Shown here in pieces: positions 49,863 to 59,973 of a stretch of DNA of 64,000 bases. Below the pieces are notes generated by a model, which worked only from the letters and a program-made list of their open reading frames with translations, did not search any database and was not told the origin of the DNA. Position 1 is the stretch's first letter. Each line of letters begins with the position of its first letter. The stretch lies in assembly GCA_037625715.1 (NCBI GenBank), contig JASJHQ010000078.1, positions 3,550-67,549 of the forward strand. The letters run 5' to 3'. Position numbers and translations under genes: made by a program. This stretch comes from Flavobacteriales bacterium. GTDB taxonomy: Bacteria; Bacteroidota; Bacteroidia; Flavobacteriales; UBA7312.

Positions 49863-50370
49863 ATATATTAGCAAATATATAGCTAGATTTATTTTAATAG
49901 TTTCTATTCAGATACTAGTACTAAATAATATATTCTTCTTTGGATATATTAATCCATACGCCTATATTTTATTTATAATAATGCTTCCAATAAGCATTTC
50001 TAAAAACCAACTTCTAATTCTAAGTTTCTTTTTAGGATTAGTAATTGACATGTTTCAAAACTCAATGGGCTCACACGCTTTTGCATCTGTCTTAATAGCA
50101 TTTTTAAGAAATTATATTTTAGGAGCCTTAACTCCTCAAATACGCAACAAAAACCAAGGATCTATAGAGTATTCTATTAAAGAGTTCGGAATTCAATCGG
50201 TTTTAATATACACTACACTGATGACCATTATCCATCACTTAGTATTGTTTAGTTTAGAAATATTTGAGTTCAAGCCGATCTACATTTTACTAAAAACTAT
50301 CCCTAGCTCTATTTGCTCTATTATTCTGATCATAAGCTTTCAATATTTGTTTATTAAAAACAAAAAATAA
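49855..50370 (+). CDS. mreD: Rod-shape-determining protein MreD
   Basis: 171 aa with 5 hydrophobic helices. Position between mreC and mrdA. Overlaps both neighbours. Confidence 0.75.
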   Translation: MNRYISKYIARFILIVSIQILVLNNIFFFGYINPYAYILFIIMLPISISKNQLLILSFFLGLVIDMFQNSMGSHAFASVLIAFLRNYILGALTPQIRNKNQGSIEYSIKEFGIQSVLIYTTLMTIIHHLVLFSLEIFEFKPIYILLKTIPSSICSIILIISFQYLFIKNKK

Positions 50371-52190
50371 TGAATAAGAATTATGACAACAGGAAGTTTG
50401 TAGTTGGTGGACTATTTGGCACCATCTTAATCATATTTCTTATTCGACTTTTCTCCATTCAAGTTATAGATGATTCTTATAAAACTTCTTCTGAGAACAA
50501 TGTTTTAAGAAAAGAAGTAGACTACCCTTCAAGAGGCTTAGTATACGACAGAAATGACAAACTAATCGTATACAACGAGGCTGCTTATGATCTAATGATT
50601 ACTCCAAATCAATTAAAAGAAATAGATACAAATTTACTTTGCACTATTTTAAACGTTGATACAATTAACTTAATTAAGAGATTTAATAAAGCTAAAAATT
50701 ATTCTTCCTATAAGGCAAGTGTTTTCATGAAGCAAATTTCTGTAGAAACGTACGCTAAACTTCAAGAGCATTTATATCTTTTTCCTGGCTTTTATGCTCG
50801 CCCCAGGACTCTGAGAAAATACCCCATCAATGCTGCTAGTCATATACTAGGCTATGTTGGAGAAGTGAGCAGAAAAACAGTTAAAAAATATCCTTACTAC
50901 GGAGAAGGTGATTATATAGGGATTAGCGGAATTGAGAAAGCATACGAAGAACATTTAAGAGGAAAAAAAGGACTTAAATTTAAGCTTAAAGATGTCCATA
51001 ATAATATAAAAGGGAGTCTCGAAAACGGGAACTTTGACAAACCATCAATCGCTGGCACAAACCTTACCTCAACAGTTGATATTCAACTTCAGAAATATGG
51101 AGAATTATTAATGCAAAACAAACGAGGTTCTGTAGTTGCTTTAGAGCCATCTACTGGCGAAATATTGTGTCTAATCTCTTCACCAAACTACAACCCTAAC
51201 GAACTAGTAGGAAGAAAACGAAACAAAAATTACGTGCAATTAAATAATGACTCTATAGAAAAACCACTTTTCAATAGAGCGTCATTAGCCCAATACCCTC
51301 CAGGCTCAACATTTAAATTGATAAATGCTCTTATAGGCTTACAAGAAAACACTTTAAACTCAAACACCACTTACAGCTGTAATGATGGTTTTATTTATGG
51401 GGAAGAGAAAAGAAAGATGAAATGCCACCCTCACAGATCGCCATTAAATTTAAAAGAATCTATTGCTACCTCTTGTAATGCATACTATTGTAATGTTTAT
51501 AAAGAGATAATTGAAAAATACCCAAATACCAATGACGGCTATAACAATTGGAGAAATCATGTAATGAGTTTTGGTCTGGGAAACTGGCTAAACAATGATT
51601 TGCCAACTGGACAAAAAGGCCATGTTCCCTCGGTAAGTTATTACGACAACATATATGGGAAAAGACGATGGAAAGCTCTTACCAATTTATCTTTATCTAT
51701 TGGACAAGATGCTTTGCTTAGCACACCTATTCAGATGGCAAACATGACAGCTGCTATTGCAAACAGAGGTTTTTACTATACCCCTCACATTGTTAAAAAA
51801 ATAGAAAACGATAGCATAGACCAACGTTTTAAAATAAAAAGGAATACAACTATTGATAAAAAACATTTCGAAACTATTATTTTGGGAATGAAAGACGTTG
51901 TAGAAGACACCGAACTAGGAACATCTAATAGTGCTAAATTAGATGATATAGTCATTTGCGGGAAAACAGGAACTGCTCAAAACCCTCATGGGGAGGATCA
52001 CTCCATATTTATTGCATTTGCTCCAATGGATAACCCAAAGATTGCAATAGCTGTTTATGTAGAAAATGGAGGTTGGGGCTCAACTTGGGCAGTACCAATC
52101 GCTAGTTTGTTAATAGAAGAATATCTGACTGACTCTATAAGCAGGCCACAACTAGAAGAAAAAATAAAAGTAGGTATTATCGAATATTAG
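50370..52190 (+). CDS. mrdA: Penicillin-binding protein 2 (elongasome transpeptidase)
   Basis: 606 aa. TM anchor, and the SxxK active site in PPGSTFKLI, plus SCN and KTGTAQ motifs. Confidence 0.93.
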   Translation: MNKNYDNRKFVVGGLFGTILIIFLIRLFSIQVIDDSYKTSSENNVLRKEVDYPSRGLVYDRNDKLIVYNEAAYDLMITPNQLKEIDTNLLCTILNVDTINLIKRFNKAKNYSSYKASVFMKQISVETYAKLQEHLYLFPGFYARPRTLRKYPINAASHILGYVGEVSRKTVKKYPYYGEGDYIGISGIEKAYEEHLRGKKGLKFKLKDVHNNIKGSLENGNFDKPSIAGTNLTSTVDIQLQKYGELLMQNKRGSVVALEPSTGEILCLISSPNYNPNELVGRKRNKNYVQLNNDSIEKPLFNRASLAQYPPGSTFKLINALIGLQENTLNSNTTYSCNDGFIYGEEKRKMKCHPHRSPLNLKESIATSCNAYYCNVYKEIIEKYPNTNDGYNNWRNHVMSFGLGNWLNNDLPTGQKGHVPSVSYYDNIYGKRRWKALTNLSLSIGQDALLSTPIQMANMTAAIANRGFYYTPHIVKKIENDSIDQRFKIKRNTTIDKKHFETIILGMKDVVEDTELGTSNSAKLDDIVICGKTGTAQNPHGEDHSIFIAFAPMDNPKIAIAVYVENGGWGSTWAVPIASLLIEEYLTDSISRPQLEEKIKVGIIEY

Positions 52191-52192
52191 AT

Positions 52193-53452
52193 ATGAGATT
52201 AAAAAGAAACATATTCGAAAATATTGACTGGTGGCTGGTCCTAATGTATGTAGCGTTATGCTTCATCGGCTGGATATCTATTTACGCAGCACTATACAAC
52301 GAAGGCTACGAATTTTTTGATTTCAGCAAAAAGTATGGCCGTCAATTTATTTGGATGATGATTGCCTTTTTTATAGCTATTATAATTCTGTTTTTCAATT
52401 GGAAATTCTTTGAAGGATTTGCATACATCATCTACTTCATCACAATTTTATCTTTAATAGGAGTGCTTCTTTTTGGAGCAGAAGTAAATGGAGCTAAATC
52501 ATGGTTCGATTTTGGATTTTTCAAAGTTCAACCTGCCGAATTTGCTAAATGCGCTACCTGTTTAGTGCTTGCTAAGTTTTTGAGCACCCTTAACATCAAA
52601 ATGAGTAGCATAAGAACTAGGCTTATAGTAACAGGCTTAATACTAGCTCCTATTTTATTCATTATCTTACAGAATGACACTGGGTCAGCATTAGTTTATG
52701 CTTCTTTTTTAATAGTCTTATATCGTTTCGGACTTCCAGCAAATGTGCTTATATTTTCTATTGTAACCGCTTTAATTTTTATTGCATCTATTATTATTTC
52801 GAAAGTCATTATGATATCGATACTTGTGCTAGTAGCCGCATTATTCTTTTTAATTTCGAAAAGAGGGGTAAAAGAGTTTGCTATCATTTCTTCATTCTTA
52901 TTGCTGAGTATAGGTTTCAATTCAAGTATTGATTATGTTTTCGAAAAAGTATTAGAGCCGCATCAGGTTACCAGAATCATGATTTTACTTGGTCAAGAAA
53001 GCGATCCTCAGGGTGCGGGATACAATGTAAATCAGTCTAAGATAGCTATTGGATCAGGGGGTTTAATAGGAAAAGGATTTTTAAAAGGAACACAAACCAA
53101 ATTTAATTTTGTACCTGAGCAAAGTACCGATTTCATATTCTGCACTATAGGAGAAGAATGGGGGTTTATTGGTAGCACACTCCTTTTGCTTTTGTTTGGA
53201 GCTTTCCTATTCCGGCTAATATATATAGCCGAAAGGCAACGATCGGTTTTTAGCAAGCTTTATGGCTACGGAGTAGCTGGTGTATTCTTTTTCCATATAA
53301 GCATCAATATAGCCATGACAATAGGCTTAGCGCCAGTTATTGGTATTCCATTACCATTTATAAGCTACGGAGGGTCTTCTCTATGGGCTTTTACTATTCT
53401 ACTTTTTATATTTATCAATCTTGACTCGTACAGACTTCAAGTATTGAGATAA
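52193..53452 (+). CDS. rodA: SEDS-family peptidoglycan glycosyltransferase RodA
   Basis: 419 aa, polytopic. SEDS motifs (..FVPEQSTDFIF.., ..PLPFISYGGSS..). Confidence 0.93.
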   Translation: MRLKRNIFENIDWWLVLMYVALCFIGWISIYAALYNEGYEFFDFSKKYGRQFIWMMIAFFIAIIILFFNWKFFEGFAYIIYFITILSLIGVLLFGAEVNGAKSWFDFGFFKVQPAEFAKCATCLVLAKFLSTLNIKMSSIRTRLIVTGLILAPILFIILQNDTGSALVYASFLIVLYRFGLPANVLIFSIVTALIFIASIIISKVIMISILVLVAALFFLISKRGVKEFAIISSFLLLSIGFNSSIDYVFEKVLEPHQVTRIMILLGQESDPQGAGYNVNQSKIAIGSGGLIGKGFLKGTQTKFNFVPEQSTDFIFCTIGEEWGFIGSTLLLLLFGAFLFRLIYIAERQRSVFSKLYGYGVAGVFFFHISINIAMTIGLAPVIGIPLPFISYGGSSLWAFTILLFIFINLDSYRLQVLR

Positions 53453-53480
53453 AAAAAAAGCCTCCAAAAAGGAGGCTTTT
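53451..53480. terminator. Hairpin terminator between convergent rodA and ppiD-like genes
   Basis: aaaaaaaaaGCCTCCaaaaaGGAGGCtttt: a 6-bp GC-rich stem. The 9-nt run gives a strong T-tract on the minus strand and a weaker T4 on the plus strand. Confidence 0.65.
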
Positions 53481-53502
53481 AAATTGTATTGGAAAGTTAG
53501 TA

Positions 53503-55548
53503 TTAGTAAAAAGTAGAAATGTTATTTGTCACTTCACTTAATTCTTCTAATGCTTGGTATAACTGAAAGTTAGTTTTGCTTCTAAGGGCAGATAACAAAA
53601 CATCGTCCGGACCATTTAAAGTAGCAGGAGCAGCTTCATCGACTCTAACCATAAACAAAGAATTCTTTCCTAAAAATGCTTTAGTTGTTTCTCCTTTATC
53701 AACCGCAAAAGCAGCACCAACAACAAAAGCCTCTTGACCTAAGCCAGGAACCTGATTGCTAGAAAAAACAATTCCGTTTGCAGTTTTAACACTTACACCA
53801 TATTCTGTTGCAGACTGGCTTAAATCTGTTGCATTGCTTAATTGATCTAGCAACATTTCACCTTTCTTCTGAGTTCTTACAACTGTTTCTAATTCAGTTC
53901 TTACATCTTCTAAATCTTGCATTCCTTCTTCTCTAACCTTAGTAAGTAGAGCAATTACAAATTTAGAATTGAATTCGAATATTTCAGAAACGTCACCTTC
54001 ACTTGCTTCATTTGCCCATTTAATAAGAGAACGAGGATTATCTAATCCTGCAATGTTAGTAGAAGTAACCGTTAAATTATCAGCAATTCTTTTAGTAAGA
54101 TTTTGAGTTGCTAAAGATTCGTTAAATTCTGATGTGTTAGAACTTTCAGCAGAAAACTTACCTGCTTTAGCAAACACTTCTTGATAAGTTAGGTTACTTG
54201 CGTAGATATCTCTGTCTACAAAACCAACTTTTACTTTTTTAGAACTTCCTTTTCTATTGGTTACTTCAATAAGGTGAATTCCGAATTGGGTATTTACTAC
54301 ACTTAATTTTTCTTTATCAGAAGAGAAACAAGCATCGTTAAAAGGAGAAACCATTACCCCTTCAGCAAACCAACCAAGGTTACCGCCGTCTAATCCAGAC
54401 TGAGTATCTTCAGAAAAAGTTTTTGCTAGACTAGCAAATGAAGCTCCGTTTTCGATTAAATTTTTAATGCTGTCAATTTTAACAACCGCATCAGCAGAAG
54501 AAATTAAAATATGTCTTGCTTTTACTGAGTCAGGACGATTTTCAACATCTATTAACTTAGCAACTCTTAATTTATTGAAACCAGCAGAATAAGGCCCTAC
54601 AATAGTTCCTTCTTTAGCATCAAACAATGATTCTGTTTCTTTATCTAAGCCTGACTTAGCTACGTAAGTTAAAAAAGTAGCTGGGCTATCTGAGTTTTTA
54701 TTGATAAAAGACTGATCATCAGTAGCATTAGAAAAATCAGTAATTACTTCGTTTATCCAGTTTTGAGCGGATAACTTATCGTCGCTTGAAGGATCTACAG
54801 AGAAAACAACATATTCGATATCTCTAGACTCATCTTGCTGATAACGCTCTTCGTTCTTATTCATATAAGATTTCAATTCAGAATCAGAAACGCTAACTAA
54901 GCTATCAGCTAATGTTTTGAATGGAATTTCGAAATAAGAAATATTTCTTGACTCGCTCTGGCTAGCAGAAGTAGCATTCATTTCCCAATCAGAAACAGAC
55001 AATCCTTTAGAAACAAGGTTGATATATTTACTGTTTAATTTTTCTTTAACAATTGCTTTCTCAAACTGCAACCATCTGTCTAAAGCATCACCGGTTTCAT
55101 CGTTATAGATGTCTTCTTTAAGATACTGTAACAAACGTGCTTTATCAAACTGACCAGTTTCTGGGTTTACGAAAGTTTGTAAAATAGAAGGATAAACATT
55201 TGTTCCAGCTATCATGTCAAAAACCTCATCAGATCCTACAACCAATCCTATTTGATCAAATTCTTTTTGAAAGATCATATCACGAACAAGCTGATTCCAT
55301 ACAGAATTTCTTATTTGAGCAACATCTACGTTAGGGTTACTTTGCGATTGATTTTCAAAAGATGTCTGAACACTTTTTTCGAAATCTTGGATTTCTACCG
55401 ACTCACCATCTACGTCTCCAACACTAGTTGGCGAACTAGGACCTCCGTTTATAGAAGAAAAGAAATCTCCTCCTAAAAAAGAGAACATTCCAACTCCAAT
55501 CACCACTAATAATAATCCAGATCTATTTCTTATTTTTTCTAATACCAT
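53503..55548 (-). CDS. Periplasmic chaperone / peptidyl-prolyl isomerase (PpiD/SurA-like, parvulin domain)
   Basis: 681 aa. N-terminal TM anchor (GLLLVVIGVGMFSFL), a SurA-N-like region, and a parvulin domain (ARHILIS...GGNLGWFAEGVMVSPFNDA). Confidence 0.8.
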   Translation of the reverse strand: MVLEKIRNRSGLLLVVIGVGMFSFLGGDFFSSINGGPSSPTSVGDVDGESVEIQDFEKSVQTSFENQSQSNPNVDVAQIRNSVWNQLVRDMIFQKEFDQIGLVVGSDEVFDMIAGTNVYPSILQTFVNPETGQFDKARLLQYLKEDIYNDETGDALDRWLQFEKAIVKEKLNSKYINLVSKGLSVSDWEMNATSASQSESRNISYFEIPFKTLADSLVSVSDSELKSYMNKNEERYQQDESRDIEYVVFSVDPSSDDKLSAQNWINEVITDFSNATDDQSFINKNSDSPATFLTYVAKSGLDKETESLFDAKEGTIVGPYSAGFNKLRVAKLIDVENRPDSVKARHILISSADAVVKIDSIKNLIENGASFASLAKTFSEDTQSGLDGGNLGWFAEGVMVSPFNDACFSSDKEKLSVVNTQFGIHLIEVTNRKGSSKKVKVGFVDRDIYASNLTYQEVFAKAGKFSAESSNTSEFNESLATQNLTKRIADNLTVTSTNIAGLDNPRSLIKWANEASEGDVSEIFEFNSKFVIALLTKVREEGMQDLEDVRTELETVVRTQKKGEMLLDQLSNATDLSQSATEYGVSVKTANGIVFSSNQVPGLGQEAFVVGAAFAVDKGETTKAFLGKNSLFMVRVDEAAPATLNGPDDVLLSALRSKTNFQLYQALEELSEVTNNISTFY

Positions 55549-55609
55549 AATTAAATATTTACAAGATGACGAATATACGAATGTTAAGCGAAAAAAGAAA
55601 TGGTCAAAA

Positions 55610-56854
55610 TCAGCTTTTTTCTAATCGAATTTTTTCAATTTTTATTTCAGAAACTTCCTCTATAATAAACCTATAATTTTGGGCTTCTACAATAGTACCT
55701 TTAGAAGGTATCTCTTCCAAATGACTCAAGAGATAACCAGCCAAAGTTTCGTATTCGTCGGATACTTCCAGTCCAAAGTCATATTTGTCGTTAAGATAAT
55801 CGACCTCTATTCGTGCAGAAAAAACAAAAGAGTTTTCGTCAATTTGACTTTCAAATTCGTTGTCAGCGTCAAATTCGTCTTCTATTTCCCCAAAAATTTC
55901 TTCCATTACATCTTCTATCGTTATTATTCCAGAAGTGCCTCCAAACTCATCTACCACCAACGCAATCGCTCTTCGCTTTTCAATAAACAGCTCTAACAAC
56001 TCGTTAGCCAACATCGTTTCTGTTACAATAGGAATAGGAAGTAAAATCGACTTTATATCGGAAGGGTCTTTAAAAAGATCGTAAGAGTGAGCGTAACCAA
56101 TCACCTGATCAATATTATCTTGATAGATAACTACTTTAGAAAGCTTGGTTCGGATAAAGATTGTTTTTAAATCGTCTATTGATTTGCTAATATCTATGGC
56201 TATAATTTCGGTGCGAGGAATCATGCATTCTCTAGACTTCACTTTAGAAAAGTCAAGCGCATTTTGCATAATCTGAACTTCCATATCTCCTTCTTCAGAA
56301 TTTTTATTTTTGGAGTAATTATTAAGATAGTCTTCGATATCTACCTTTTTAAAAACAGGACTATCTTCTACTAGCTTCACTCCTACTATTTTCATGAATT
56401 GATCGGAAATAAATAGTGTGAAAGATACTATAGGATAAAGAAGAAAATAGAAAAGAATTAAAGGAATAGAAAAGCCTTTTAAAAATCGGTTAGAATGAAT
56501 TCTAAATATTGCTTTAGGAAGAAATTCGGCAGTTACCAATATTATAATAGTAGAAAATATGGTTTGAAATAAAAGTATTAAGGATGGAGAACTTAAATAA
56601 TATTCGAACTTTGGCTGAAGAAATTCGGCCATAGAAATACCATAAATAACTAATGCTACATTATTTCCTACTAGCATAGTAGCAATAAACCGAGAAGGAG
56701 AGCGAAACACTTTCGCTAAATATTTCACCAATGGAGAATTGGACTTTAGGTCGAGCTCCATTTTTAATTTATTAGCAGAGATAAATGCAATTTCCATTCC
56801 CGAAAAGAATGCAGAAGTAGCAAGAGACAATATTATAATTAAATAAATACTCAT
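55610..56854 (-). CDS. CNNM/DUF21-CBS-CorC_HlyC family membrane protein (hemolysin-like / putative cation efflux)
   Basis: 414 aa. DUF21 4-TM N-domain, a CBS pair, and the C-terminal CorC/HlyC transporter-associated domain. Confidence 0.8.
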   Translation of the reverse strand: MSIYLIIILSLATSAFFSGMEIAFISANKLKMELDLKSNSPLVKYLAKVFRSPSRFIATMLVGNNVALVIYGISMAEFLQPKFEYYLSSPSLILLFQTIFSTIIILVTAEFLPKAIFRIHSNRFLKGFSIPLILFYFLLYPIVSFTLFISDQFMKIVGVKLVEDSPVFKKVDIEDYLNNYSKNKNSEEGDMEVQIMQNALDFSKVKSRECMIPRTEIIAIDISKSIDDLKTIFIRTKLSKVVIYQDNIDQVIGYAHSYDLFKDPSDIKSILLPIPIVTETMLANELLELFIEKRRAIALVVDEFGGTSGIITIEDVMEEIFGEIEDEFDADNEFESQIDENSFVFSARIEVDYLNDKYDFGLEVSDEYETLAGYLLSHLEEIPSKGTIVEAQNYRFIIEEVSEIKIEKIRLEKS

Positions 56855-57357
56855 TAGTTATCTACCAAAATAGTTCCTTTAATATTCTTGATCATGTATT
56901 TGGTGAAATTCTGATTAGAAACAAAACCGTTACCATAAATTACTTCGTGTTCGGTTGTGATTTTCACAAACTCTTCCGAATATATTTCTTTTTTTTCTTG
57001 ATCCCAAATGAGCTCTTCCGACTCTAACACATCTCCATCAACATTCCTGACACTAACATTGTTTTTGGCAATCATTAAATTACTTTCTTCGTTGAGTTTA
57101 GCATAATCAGCTACCAGGTTCGATTCTTTTTTTCCTTTGGCGTTAAAAAACTGAACTCTTACCCCATCTGTAAATTCTAGGTACGAATTTTCAGAAACAA
57201 ATCTGTTAAGCACCATAGCATTGAGAATGACTCTTACTTGAGCAGAATCACTATATATAATCTCACAGTCTTCGATTGTTTCTACAGGGTAATTTTCCTC
57301 ATTCTGAATGGATAGTTCCATAACTTTCTCCATAGAGTTGGAGCAAGAAAAAAGCAT
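56854..57357 (-). CDS. lptC: LPS export protein LptC (OstA-like fold); true start probably upstream of first ATG
   Basis: 167 aa from the first ATG. The size, beta-jellyroll-like sequence style and conserved position upstream of the CNNM gene match Bacteroidota LptC. The ATG product begins MLFSCSNS, in the middle of an apparent lipoprotein signal peptide (see findings). Confidence 0.6.
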   Translation of the reverse strand: MLFSCSNSMEKVMELSIQNEENYPVETIEDCEIIYSDSAQVRVILNAMVLNRFVSENSYLEFTDGVRVQFFNAKGKKESNLVADYAKLNEESNLMIAKNNVSVRNVDGDVLESEELIWDQEKKEIYSEEFVKITTEHEVIYGNGFVSNQNFTKYMIKNIKGTILVDN

Positions 57358-57419
57358 AAAGAGACACAGGGTCGCTAAACAACTTTTACTTTTTAAAAAT
57401 GATATTTTGGGAGGTAAAT

Positions 57420-58727
57420 CTATTTAATACGAACTTTAGTTGTTTCATTCATCCAGCAACCAATTGTAAAGCTATCTCCGTCTTTAGCACCTGAGAAGAA
57501 AGCATCATCATTAGTAGGAAGATATTTGGAGTAAAGAACGATCTTTTTATTACACAATTCGCTTAGAGAACTGTCAATGTTTTTGGCTCTGATATATTTA
57601 TCAATAGCAGCCGAATATACCATCCCTTGCTCGAAAGCATTTGTTCCACAAGTTTTTACTGAATTTAGGTACATATCGCCAATCAATAGATAAGGCTTTC
57701 CCCAATCCGGATTAAGCTTTGAAGACTGGTAAGCCAAATCTCTAGCACTACTTAATTTACCTAGCTTAATGTTGGCTTGGGATAGACCCAATAAATATTT
57801 GGACTTCTCCTCATCGGTTTGAGCTAAAGAAATAGCCTGATTGTAAAAATCTACTGAAGCACTAAACTTTCCTTTATTTAGCGATAAGTTACCCATGCTA
57901 AAAGAAGACTTAGCAGTTGGCTCAGCAGCATGAACGGCAGAAGCAGAGTTGAAATAAACATCAGCATCGGTACATTCTTTTTTATCCAACACATTAACAA
58001 TTCGCTTTAACAAGCTAATATCATCTGGTGATTGGCTGTATTTTAAATCAAATAAAGCAATAAGGTCTTCACAAGTAGCGTAAGGCTCAAATTCTTTTTC
58101 GATTTTCTCTAAGGCTTGCTCGTAAGACTTTTTAGACTTGGAGTTATTAGCCAAATTATACTCTACGTATTCGGTTACAGAAGCGTATGCTTCTAACACA
58201 TCTGATTTAGTAAGGAAATCCTTTTTAGTAAGAGATGTTACCGACTTAAAGTAGTAATACAAAGCTGTTGCTTTCGACTTATTTACTTGAAGATCTACAG
58301 AGGTTTTAAGAAGCTGGTAAGCCTCGTCTAACTGAGTTTTAGAACGGTACTTTAACATATCGCTTCCTTTTAAACCACTCACATATCCTTCTTGTCCGAA
58401 GTAAGACATTCTCATATCATAAATCATGAAAAGTGTGTCTACGTAAGCAGACTTAATATCTGGGTCAGACTTAAACTCTTTAATTTTTGATTTGATAATT
58501 TTAGCACCATCTATATAAATACTCTTAGAAGAACTTTCGCAGTTTACAAAAGCCCATCTCCATGGCCAGTAAGCGTCAACATAATTCTTTTGCTTAACAA
58601 ACTCAGTAAACACAGAAAGGTTGGTAAGGCATTCAAGGCTATCGCCTTTTACTTGCTCAACAGCAGGAGTAGCTCCAAACAATGTAAAGGAATAAACACT
58701 TAATAAAGTTAAAAATATCTTTTTCAT
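57420..58727 (-). CDS. Secreted TPR-like repeat protein
   Basis: ATG at 58727 (MKKIFLTLLSVYSFTLFGATPA, a signal peptide) lies 1 nt after the upstream stop. The track start at 58736 is TTG. TPR-like helices in the C-terminal half (..SVDFYNQAISLAQTDEEKSKYLLGLSQANIKLGKLSSARDLAYQSSKLNPDW..). Confidence 0.6.
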   Translation of the reverse strand: MKKIFLTLLSVYSFTLFGATPAVEQVKGDSLECLTNLSVFTEFVKQKNYVDAYWPWRWAFVNCESSSKSIYIDGAKIIKSKIKEFKSDPDIKSAYVDTLFMIYDMRMSYFGQEGYVSGLKGSDMLKYRSKTQLDEAYQLLKTSVDLQVNKSKATALYYYFKSVTSLTKKDFLTKSDVLEAYASVTEYVEYNLANNSKSKKSYEQALEKIEKEFEPYATCEDLIALFDLKYSQSPDDISLLKRIVNVLDKKECTDADVYFNSASAVHAAEPTAKSSFSMGNLSLNKGKFSASVDFYNQAISLAQTDEEKSKYLLGLSQANIKLGKLSSARDLAYQSSKLNPDWGKPYLLIGDMYLNSVKTCGTNAFEQGMVYSAAIDKYIRAKNIDSSLSELCNKKIVLYSKYLPTNDDAFFSGAKDGDSFTIGCWMNETTKVRIK

Positions 58728-58728
58728 A

Positions 58729-59973
58729 TTAATCAAATTTTCTTTTAATAAACCATATATCGCTCAAGACAAAACCTACTTTAAAGTTAACGAAGGAGTC
58801 CTGAATTAAATTGTAATCTGTTGTTCCTCGTCTACCTACTTGAGCCGAAAGATTTAACAATGCTCCACTTTTTCTTAAAGGCAAACCTAAGCCAAAAGTA
58901 AGGGCGTATTGATCGATCGATTGATTGTTTAAGTTAAGGTAGGTCTGGGCATTATAAAAACCAAGTCTGTATCGAACTATTTTATGGTATTTGTTTATTG
59001 CTTTAATCTCCGGGATAAATTGTGCTCCCACAGAAAGTTTAGAGCTATTTTGTAAATTATCATTTGCTCCGAAAAGCTCAAACTCACTCCAGTTTTTAGT
59101 GTTGTATTCTGCAGCAATAGACCATTTGTCGTTTACTAAAGAGAATCCGTAACCTATTGAAGTAGGTAAAACCAATTGGCCTTCTTCAAGCTGAATAAAC
59201 TGAATGGTATCTTCCAAAACCTGATTAAAGTTTACTACTCTAAAAGTTTGAGTAAATAGGTTTCGCTCTGCGTCTAAAGAAGATCCGTTATCGTAAGTAA
59301 GACCAAGGTTAATTCTCCAATCTTTTACAGCTTGAGTATAGATAAGACCAAAGTCATAATGGAGTCCGTTAATAATAGTTTCTTCGTTGGCTTTGGTGTT
59401 TAGGTAGGAAGGATCGGAAAACAAGACTTCTCTATTTGTTTCGATAGAACCGAATAAATAATTCACATTTACTCCTATCGATAAATTTTTGATAGGGCGA
59501 AATCCGTTTCCAAAGTAAAAACGACTCAATCCTCCATTACCATTAAAAGAATAGGTTGCGTCTGGGTCGGTATTAGAATCGTTGAAAGAATATGCGGTTT
59601 CGCTAAATGGCAAAAGTCCGAAACTACTTCCCCACCATCTGGTTACCGGAAAGCCCATTTTTAAATAATTAAATTTTGAAGTATTTACTACCTGACTAAC
59701 TCCTCCAGCTTCCATTAGGTTGGTCTGGTGAGATAAGCCAGCTTGCATAGTAAAACGCTGTTTGTGAACGAAGGCGTAAGAAGCAGGGTTTATAGTATTT
59801 ATTCCTACCGGACTATTTATAGCAATACCAACTTCTCCCATTCCCGATTGTATGGCCGAGTACGAAGACTGAAGTTCTCCAAAGCCAAAACGAGAATAAG
59901 GAGAATTAGACACATTCTGAGAAATAACAGAGAATGGAATAATTAGAAATAATAACTTAAAAATTTGCTTCAT
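58729..59973 (-). CDS. Outer-membrane beta-barrel protein of unknown function
   Basis: 414 aa with signal peptide MKQIFKLLFLIIPFSVISQ. N-terminal SPYSRFGFGE motif, alternating amphipathic beta-strand pattern throughout, aromatic-rich C-terminus. Its start overlaps the coaX 3' end by 17 nt. Confidence 0.5.
   Translation of the reverse strand: MKQIFKLLFLIIPFSVISQNVSNSPYSRFGFGELQSSYSAIQSGMGEVGIAINSPVGINTINPASYAFVHKQRFTMQAGLSHQTNLMEAGGVSQVVNTSKFNYLKMGFPVTRWWGSSFGLLPFSETAYSFNDSNTDPDATYSFNGNGGLSRFYFGNGFRPIKNLSIGVNVNYLFGSIETNREVLFSDPSYLNTKANEETIINGLHYDFGLIYTQAVKDWRINLGLTYDNGSSLDAERNLFTQTFRVVNFNQVLEDTIQFIQLEEGQLVLPTSIGYGFSLVNDKWSIAAEYNTKNWSEFELFGANDNLQNSSKLSVGAQFIPEIKAINKYHKIVRYRLGFYNAQTYLNLNNQSIDQYALTFGLGLPLRKSGALLNLSAQVGRRGTTDYNLIQDSFVNFKVGFVLSDIWFIKRKFD

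Noticed and set aside
55679-55996. 105-aa and 74-aa plus-strand ORFs inside the CNNM gene
   Set aside because: They are antisense to a complete DUF21-CBS-CorC gene and have no features of their own.
55610-56854. Calling the CNNM/CorC-HlyC protein GldE
   Set aside because: GldE belongs to this family, but as I recall it, it is defined by linkage to gldD. Here the neighbours are lptC and a PpiD-like gene, which fits the second, non-gliding paralogue. The sequence alone does not discriminate, so a generic family call is kept.
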